From contig JBBISL010000003.1 of NCBI GenBank assembly GCA_037441285.1, forward strand, positions 74,763 to 138,762: a DNA stretch of 64,000 nt, in the 5' to 3' direction. The translations under genes were made by a program, and so were the position numbers. Under the pieces are notes generated by a model that saw nothing but the letters and a program-made list of their open reading frames with translations, made no database searches and was not told the origin of the DNA. Shown here piece by piece: positions 57,943 to 64,000 of the stretch (within the stretch, counting starts at the first letter, position 1; each line of letters starts with the position of its first letter). Source of the stretch: a candidate division WOR-3 bacterium (GTDB lineage: Bacteria > Hydrothermota > Tepidihabitantia > Tepidihabitantales > Tepidihabitantaceae).

Positions 57943-59565
57943 TCACTGCAGTTTTACGGCGAGGACAATGGGACGATTGAAAGTTTCGGTTGTGCCGTCA
58001 CCTTTTGACGCCTTGATGTTCAGAAGGTAAATTCCGGCGGGCAGGCGCTGGAGCCGGTCGTCAGTACCATCCCATTTCAGGTCGTAGTAGCCGCCCGGTG
58101 CATTATTCAACAGTTGCTTTCTCAGCCTCCCCTGAAGGTCGTATATTGCAACAGAAACACGGTAGCCAGTTCGCGGACTGTTGAGTTGAATGGTGGCGAT
58201 TTCACCCTGGTCTGGGGCAAAGGGGTTGGGGAATATGGAGTCAATCTGGAGCCGTTCTGCTGGGGGAAAGGCAGCGGTGGTGTCGCTGATGTCTTCAGGA
58301 AGTATCGGCATCAACTGATAACCGGTGTTGTAGGGCGGTTCGTAGTCGTACTGTCCTACGATGCCGGTGATGCGTACCCTTCTGCCGGTAGTGAGCCATG
58401 ATGTCTGAATTCCGGTGTTGTCATAGATACGAACCGAGATTGCCGGTGTGCCGTTTTTGAGCACCATATTGTAGCCAGAGCCGGAGCGCACCGGTGCGGA
58501 GATAATGTCGCCGACCACGGTTAACAAATCGGACTCCATTGTTTCGGTAAGCGGTGTGTTGAAAGGCAGAAGTTTTGGTGCGATGGGAGTTGCCAATGTG
58601 TCACTGACCCACATCACGCCCGATGCGAGTTCGGTTAAGCCGTTGTACTCGGTCACCATACCAAGGACCGAGATTTCTATGCCCAGGCTGTCAAAGAACG
58701 GTGCCTGAGCATCGGAATAGGAGCAGTTGTAAACATTTATGCCCCGGGTCTCATCCTGGATGTAAAGGCTTTTAGCGGTACCGGTGGTGAAGATGCGTGC
58801 TGGACCGGTTATTTTACCATTGACTCGAACCCACTGGTCAATAAGTAGCGGGGTGACGCCGTCGGGTCCGGACTGCTGGGCTTCACGGATAGTGATAAGG
58901 GGATAATCCTCGGCGCGGGCAGAAAAGTCGTGGCGAAAGCGGGGGAGAAGTTGATAACCGGTCAGAGGCTGGGTGGTGTCCGATGTGTACTGTCCTTTGA
59001 TACCGATGAGGGTGAATGTGTCCGGGGAAAGAATAAGTCCCGGGATTTCAGTCTGGGCGTCAATGCGCACCTGAGTTGTGCCGGTTGAATCTTCGAGGTT
59101 GTAGTTCGTGTTGCCAGCGAGGAACAGGTTGCTGATTTTCACGCCGGGAATTGCGACCAGTTCACCTTCATACTGTTCGGAGTTCATCTCCCGGCAACTG
59201 ATGACCCTTGGCTGGGGCAAAGTTCGACTACGGGCAAGCAAAGTTATGGTGGCACCGGAGATTTCAGTCTTGCCCCGATACCAGTCCACTGTTCCGTTCA
59301 CAAGCACGCTGTCACCCAGGTCAGCATTCTGCAGTGTATAACTGAACACATTGACTCCGCCACTGGTGTCCTGAATATAGATATCGGTATAACGGTTGTC
59401 AAAGATGCTGTCCGGTGCAGTGACGATGCCGGTTACGGTTACGGTTTGGTCCCGACGGTCCGGCTTGCCATCGCCATTGGCATCTTCGGTTACCCATCTT
59501 ATTGGTACCACCTGGGCGAGGGCAAATGTCACCAAAGACAACAGACCAAAGGTAGAGTTTCTCAC
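57943..59565 (-). CDS. secreted tandem OB-fold-like protein with FlgD-Ig/T9SS-like CTD
   Basis: Signal peptide; duplicated YIQD..G[VI]NV...G.V..Y.G.TE and GYQL.P modules; FPNPF...IYDLQGR...WDG.D...AGIY. Confidence 0.7.
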   Translation of the reverse strand: MRNSTFGLLSLVTFALAQVVPIRWVTEDANGDGKPDRRDQTVTVTGIVTAPDSIFDNRYTDIYIQDTSGGVNVFSYTLQNADLGDSVLVNGTVDWYRGKTEISGATITLLARSRTLPQPRVISCREMNSEQYEGELVAIPGVKISNLFLAGNTNYNLEDSTGTTQVRIDAQTEIPGLILSPDTFTLIGIKGQYTSDTTQPLTGYQLLPRFRHDFSARAEDYPLITIREAQQSGPDGVTPLLIDQWVRVNGKITGPARIFTTGTAKSLYIQDETRGINVYNCSYSDAQAPFFDSLGIEISVLGMVTEYNGLTELASGVMWVSDTLATPIAPKLLPFNTPLTETMESDLLTVVGDIISAPVRSGSGYNMVLKNGTPAISVRIYDNTGIQTSWLTTGRRVRITGIVGQYDYEPPYNTGYQLMPILPEDISDTTAAFPPAERLQIDSIFPNPFAPDQGEIATIQLNSPRTGYRVSVAIYDLQGRLRKQLLNNAPGGYYDLKWDGTDDRLQRLPAGIYLLNIKASKGDGTTETFNRPIVLAVKLQ

Positions 59566-60827
59566 TTTTTCAACTCCTTTTCCACCTCGGCGGCAGCTTC
59601 GTTGAGCGCCTTTTTCGGTTCAACACCGGCGCGGATGATTTTCTCAAGGGCGTCACCCAGAACCCGTCTACCGGCAAACCAGGCTTCACTGCGCGGCTCA
59701 AACCGCAGGTATTCAAGTTGCTTTAATGCGGCAGATAGCCCGGGTGTTTCCTGAATCAACTTCTGATATTCCGGGGTGTTCAGGGCACTTTTCCGCACCG
59801 GTACATAAAAGGTTAGCGTTGCCCACTCTGCCTGCTGTTCGGGACTGGTAAACCACTTGACAAAACGCCAGGCAGCCCGAATCTGTTCGGCGGTGCCGGT
59901 GCGAAAGATGCCGATGTTTGTGCCGTAGCCGATTACCGCGGGCTTATCGGCAATCGGCAGGGGCGCGATGCCAACCTTGAAGGTAAAGTTGGGCTTTAAA
60001 AACGCCCAGGAGACCGAGGTGCTCTGAATGCAGGCGATACGGCCGGCAAGAAAGTCGTTCTGCGGTTCATAGCCCGCACCGTAATAGACGCTGGAATCTT
60101 TGTTAACCAAATCGGCAAGAAACCGGGCGGCATGGACTCCAGCCGCGGAATTGAAAAGCGGTTTTTTGCTCTGTTCATCCAGATGGTCGCCGCCCCTTTG
60201 GAGCAGCAGGGTGCCAAACACCCCTTCGTTAACCAAACCAGCGCCACCATAGCGGCCGTTTTTCCGGTCGGTAAGACGTAAAAGCATTGTGCGCAAATCT
60301 TCCCAGGTGTGCGGGAACTCCTGATAGCCCGATTGCGCCAGCATATCAATATTGTAAAAGAAGACGGGCAGTGATTTGTTAAACGGCAGGGTGACGATTT
60401 TGCCATCCCAGGTGTTGCCCTCAATAAATGGGGGATAAAAGTCGGCAAGTTCTTCGGCTGTAAACCCATCCGGGCTATGAATCAAAGAGTCAAGGACAAT
60501 TAGTTTGTTCAGGGCATAAAACTGCGTGGTCCAGGACTCGTACATCTGGGCAAGGTTAGGTGGTGCATTCACCTGCACCGCACCCATCAACTTCTGGGAA
60601 AGGCTGGAGTAGTTTGCCATCGACACCGGCTGGATGTCAACATCCGGATTCGCCTTTTCAAACTCGTTAATCATCTTATCCAGCGCATCACCCAAAGGTC
60701 CGCCCATTGCATGCCAGAAGGTTATTTTAACCTTAGCCTCTTTTTGGGATTGTCCGCGTGGTCCGCATCCGGTCAGGAAAGCAAAAAGCAGAAAAGCGAC
60801 GAAAAAATAGGCTGTTGATTGACGCAT
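59562..60827 (-). CDS. ABC transporter substrate-binding lipoprotein (UgpB/sugar family)
   Basis: Lipobox LTGC, TFWHAMGG, LPFNKS, FYN.D, AAW.FVKW. Confidence 0.88.
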   Translation of the reverse strand: MRQSTAYFFVAFLLFAFLTGCGPRGQSQKEAKVKITFWHAMGGPLGDALDKMINEFEKANPDVDIQPVSMANYSSLSQKLMGAVQVNAPPNLAQMYESWTTQFYALNKLIVLDSLIHSPDGFTAEELADFYPPFIEGNTWDGKIVTLPFNKSLPVFFYNIDMLAQSGYQEFPHTWEDLRTMLLRLTDRKNGRYGGAGLVNEGVFGTLLLQRGGDHLDEQSKKPLFNSAAGVHAARFLADLVNKDSSVYYGAGYEPQNDFLAGRIACIQSTSVSWAFLKPNFTFKVGIAPLPIADKPAVIGYGTNIGIFRTGTAEQIRAAWRFVKWFTSPEQQAEWATLTFYVPVRKSALNTPEYQKLIQETPGLSAALKQLEYLRFEPRSEAWFAGRRVLGDALEKIIRAGVEPKKALNEAAAEVEKELKK

Positions 60828-60905
60828 CGCTCAATTTTAACCCGAAAGAAAGGGCAGTCAATTAACTGCAACACCTTGTAGCGCAACAATGTCCGGACCG
60901 GCGCA

Positions 60906-60933
60906 TTGACAAAATTGAAGCTTAGTATATAAT
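60906..60933 (+). promoter_or_regulatory. consensus sigma70 promoter TTGACA-N16-TATAAT
   Basis: Both boxes match consensus exactly; 52 nt before ATG 60986. Confidence 0.7.
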
Positions 60934-60985
60934 GAATCACCTGGCAAAGGGCGAGTTTTGGGCATTTTTAAAAAGGAGGTGTTTG

Positions 60986-62374
60986 ATGAAACGGTTCGTT
61001 GTGCTCTTTTTCCTCCCCACCTTATGTCTCGCCATCTACGATATGGAGTGGTTTGACCTGAACCACTGGCGCTGCCCGTTCTACAACGACAGCCGCTGGG
61101 GTATTGACCTCACCCAGGGCAGCGGTGTTGGTGGCGGCACCTGGCCCTATCCGCTGCACAATGTGTATATCTTTGGTGCCGGACCCTGGATTGGTGCGGT
61201 TGTCGGTTCAGATACGCTGGTGACTGTCGGCTACGACCCGAACAGTGCTGGCACCGAGATGCACCCCAGCCTCTGCCGTTACTGGCGTCAGACCCCATTA
61301 GATTCTGCCGACCGCATTTACAAGTACCCCGGTGATTGGCCTGCGCCCGCTTCCCGCTTTCCGATGGCGCCACAGGTAAACCGCTCGGAGATGGACTTGT
61401 GGTTTGGTGCCGGTGATTCTAACCCGGCAAATCACATCGCACCAGGCAGACCATTGGGTATTGACATCTATGTCACGGTTTACGGCTTTTCCGACTCTAT
61501 CGCCCGGGATATGTTTTTCTTGAAATATGAACTTGCCAACGTTTCAGGAATCGCGCGCAATAGTGTCTATTTTGGAATGGTGGTTGATGCGGATATTGGC
61601 AATCCTGTAGATGATATGACCGGTTTGATTCTCAATAAGAGGTTTCAGGTTGGTAGTGATACCTTCTGGGTGAAAAACCTTGGCTTCTTTAATGATTATG
61701 ACAATATTGAACCGCGTAGCAGAGATTGGGAAGGTGGTGTTCCGGGTGCGATTGCGCTCCGGTTGTTACAGGCGCCCAACAACCTCGGCTTGACCACATT
61801 CAAACGGTTCACGATTGAGATTGACCCAACAAACGATGGCGAGCGGTATTTGACCCTGATGGGCTACAACTACCGCACCGGTGAGTATGAACCTTATGAC
61901 TCAATTGACCCGACACCAGCAGACAAAAGAGCGCTTTTTGCCACCGGTCCGTTTGACCTTGCGCCCAATTCGGTTCTTACCTTCTGGTATGCGGTAATCG
62001 CCGCACCCTACGGTGATAGTGGTCAGGTACCACAGCAAAGGGACACCACCCAGTTGGCGTTGCGTGCCTGGTGGGCAGAACAGGTATGGCAGAGGATACT
62101 GGCGGTTGAAGAGGCGGCGGTTAAACCCCAATTCAGGCAGACCATTTATCCCAATCCCTGCCGGCTTGGTGCGCCACTTTATATCAACAGTTCGCAACCG
62201 GTCTGGATTTACGATGTCCAGGGCAGGCTGATAAAGGAGTTATCCAGCGCTGGTGTCAAGGTCTGGAACGGCAGAGATATCTACAACCGTGCGGTTGTGC
62301 CCGGTGTCTATCTGGTAAAGATTGGCAGCGGCAAAGAGGCAAGCACCCGAAAGGTGATAATTATCGGCAGATAA
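60986..62374 (+). CDS. secreted protein of unknown function with T9SS-like CTD
   Basis: AAGGAGG RBS, signal peptide, DADIG, GPF.LAP; C-terminal YPNP...IYDVQGRLIK...WNGRD...GVYLV. Confidence 0.75.
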   Translation: MKRFVVLFFLPTLCLAIYDMEWFDLNHWRCPFYNDSRWGIDLTQGSGVGGGTWPYPLHNVYIFGAGPWIGAVVGSDTLVTVGYDPNSAGTEMHPSLCRYWRQTPLDSADRIYKYPGDWPAPASRFPMAPQVNRSEMDLWFGAGDSNPANHIAPGRPLGIDIYVTVYGFSDSIARDMFFLKYELANVSGIARNSVYFGMVVDADIGNPVDDMTGLILNKRFQVGSDTFWVKNLGFFNDYDNIEPRSRDWEGGVPGAIALRLLQAPNNLGLTTFKRFTIEIDPTNDGERYLTLMGYNYRTGEYEPYDSIDPTPADKRALFATGPFDLAPNSVLTFWYAVIAAPYGDSGQVPQQRDTTQLALRAWWAEQVWQRILAVEEAAVKPQFRQTIYPNPCRLGAPLYINSSQPVWIYDVQGRLIKELSSAGVKVWNGRDIYNRAVVPGVYLVKIGSGKEASTRKVIIIGR

Positions 62375-62445
62375 AGGCAGATAAAATTCGGGCGCATACT
62401 CCGATTCGCGATATCGTGCGAAGCTATGTAGCGGAATGGGTTTAT

Positions 62446-63735
62446 TTATTTTCTTTTGTCTTGCTGCCGTTTTTTGAGTTCGCCTTCAAAGCCGCGGTCG
62501 GTTGGAAAGTAGTATCTTCTGCCTTTCAGGGATTCGGGGAAGTGTTCCTGTTCAACCCGGGCATCAGGAAAGTCGTGGGCGTATTTGTACTCTTTGCCAT
62601 AGCCCAGTTCTTCCATTAGGGGTGTTACCGGGTTGCGGAGATGGAGCGGCACCGGTTCGGTTAAACTGTTTAAGGCGTCCTTTTTTGCCATCGTGTAAGC
62701 GCGATAAACCGCATTGGATTTTGGGGCTAAAGCGAGATAGATGACCGCCTGTGCCAGCGCGGTGTTGCCTTCGGGCATTCCGATGAAGTGAACCGCATCT
62801 TTGGCGGCATTGGCGATTAAAAGGGCGTTGGGGTTTGCCATTCCGATGTCTTCGGAGGCGAAGCGGACCAAACGCCGGGCGATATAGAGCGGGTCTTCGC
62901 CTGCTTCAAGCATTCTTGCCAGCCAGTAGAGCGCTGCATCCGGGTCGGAGTCGCGTAGCGACTTGTGCAGGGCAGAAATGAGGTTGTAATGTTCTTCGCC
63001 ACTTTTATCGTAGAGGAGAAATTTGCGCTGGACGATGTCCTGTGCCAGTTCCAGCGTGACCCGGCGCTCGCCGTTTTCGTCTGGTTCGGCAGAGATGACC
63101 GAGATTTCGAGCGCGGTCAGAGCAACCCGGGCATCACCCTGGGCGATGATGGTGAAGTATTCGAGCGCTTTGTCTTCCACCACCGGTTTTAGTTCGGCAA
63201 GGCCCTGCGGGGCTTGGAGTGCCCGGTGCATCAGGGTTTTCAGGTTGTCCGGGGAGAGCTGGTTGAGGACATAAACCCGGGTGCGGGACAAGAGGGGTGC
63301 AATGACCTCAAAGGACGGGTTTTCGGTTGTGGCGCCGATTAAAATGAGTAAACCCGATTCCACATAGGGGAGAAGCGCATCCTGTTGCGCCTTGTTGAAG
63401 CGGTGGATTTCATCAATGAACAGGATGGTTTTTTTCTGAAACATCCGGCGGTTCTGTTCGGCAATTTTTACGGTGCGGCGGATGTCAGCAACTCCCGAAG
63501 TTACCGCGGAGATGGTGATGAACTCCGCCTGGGTGTAATGAGCGATTGCCCGGGCAAGGGTGGTTTTGCCCGAACCAGGCGGACCCCAGAGAATCATTGA
63601 GTGGAGTTCCCCGCGTTCCAGCATTTTGCGGAATGGCTTATCCCGGGCAAGGAGGTGTTCCTGACCCACAATTTCGTCAAGCGATACCGGTCGCATTCGG
63701 TCGGCAAGAGGCGCGCTGGGGTCGATTTGGGACAT
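62446..63735 (-). CDS. rarA: replication-associated recombination protein A (MgsA/RarA AAA+ ATPase)
   Basis: PLADRMRP, WGPPGSGKTT, IDEIHRFNKAQQD, GATTENP, SALHKS.R.SD, ASEDIG; ATG 63735 is preferred as it lies 6 nt after a -10 box. Confidence 0.95.
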   Translation of the reverse strand: MSQIDPSAPLADRMRPVSLDEIVGQEHLLARDKPFRKMLERGELHSMILWGPPGSGKTTLARAIAHYTQAEFITISAVTSGVADIRRTVKIAEQNRRMFQKKTILFIDEIHRFNKAQQDALLPYVESGLLILIGATTENPSFEVIAPLLSRTRVYVLNQLSPDNLKTLMHRALQAPQGLAELKPVVEDKALEYFTIIAQGDARVALTALEISVISAEPDENGERRVTLELAQDIVQRKFLLYDKSGEEHYNLISALHKSLRDSDPDAALYWLARMLEAGEDPLYIARRLVRFASEDIGMANPNALLIANAAKDAVHFIGMPEGNTALAQAVIYLALAPKSNAVYRAYTMAKKDALNSLTEPVPLHLRNPVTPLMEELGYGKEYKYAHDFPDARVEQEHFPESLKGRRYYFPTDRGFEGELKKRQQDKRK

Positions 63736-63772
63736 CGTAAAATTATAGTCCGGGAATTGTGAAGTCAATATA

Positions 63773-63856
63773 AAGAACGGGGTCAGGAGTTTATCCTGAC
63801 CCCCCACATAAGAGGAGCCGCCTCTTTATCTGGCACCCACGCCCTACAGGGTATAT
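63773..63856 (-). ncRNA. candidate ~80-nt small RNA between its own promoter and terminator
   Basis: TTGACC-N16-TATAAT at 63890-63863, tandem hairpins, terminator at 63779-63803, then a separate rarA promoter. Confidence 0.4.
63779..63803 (-). terminator. 10-bp hairpin followed by GTTCTTT, probable intrinsic terminator
   Basis: GGGGTCAGGA-TAAAC-TCCTGACCCC. Confidence 0.65.
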
Positions 63857-64000
63857 TATAATATTATAGCAAATTTTTCCTTCGGGTCAAGGAAGTGTTA
63901 TGGGTTAGATAGTGCAGAAGTGAGGTAGAGCAGAAGAGCAGAAGTGTGATAGCAGGTTTGCCTTGAAGAGTCAGGGTAAATGGGTGTCGGGTATTATTCG

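Noticed and set aside
63736..63807. 24-codon N-terminal extension of RarA in the ORF track
   Set aside because: It runs through a terminator hairpin and a promoter; homology begins at ATG 63735
1..64000. CRISPR arrays, IS/transposases, integrases, prophage, defence systems, rRNA
   Set aside because: No regularly spaced repeats and no recognisable motifs in any ORF. The tRNA is not flanked by an integrase or a visible att duplication.

Overview
A gene-dense bacterial core-genome window of about 60 CDS and one tRNA. No CRISPR array, prophage, IS element or rRNA was recognised. The organism is a diderm (LptD, TolC) anaerobe (four-subunit 2-oxoacid:ferredoxin oxidoreductase) with several secreted proteins carrying FlgD-Ig/T9SS-like C-terminal domains, which suggests an FCB-group or WOR-3-like lineage (inference only). 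Contents in order: porCDAB; GlmU-like and ROK genes; an rpsR-rplI-tyrS-cca-ftsK block; a YIP1-TolC-MacAB exporter; rbfA-truB-ribF; spoIID; tRNA-Ala(CGC) with pyruvoyl arginine decarboxylase; DUF763 with a split RsmF; tldD-tldE; a lysine-ketoglutarate reductase/saccharopine dehydrogenase pair whose LKR gene is frameshifted by a small deletion; lptD, Nth-like and PBP1A genes; an anchor-less etfA/Fe-S/SdhBA-like/acyl-CoA dehydrogenase operon; a C25 peptidase lacking the canonical His; capD behind a sigma54-like promoter; DUF2723; and rarA. The most notable observations are (i) sigma70-type promoters throughout the window with a 16-bp spacer, often directly ahead of leaderless starts, (ii) two candidate structured small RNAs at about 63.8 kb and 24.6 kb, and (iii) the soluble ETF/fumarate-reductase-like/ACAD redox operon.
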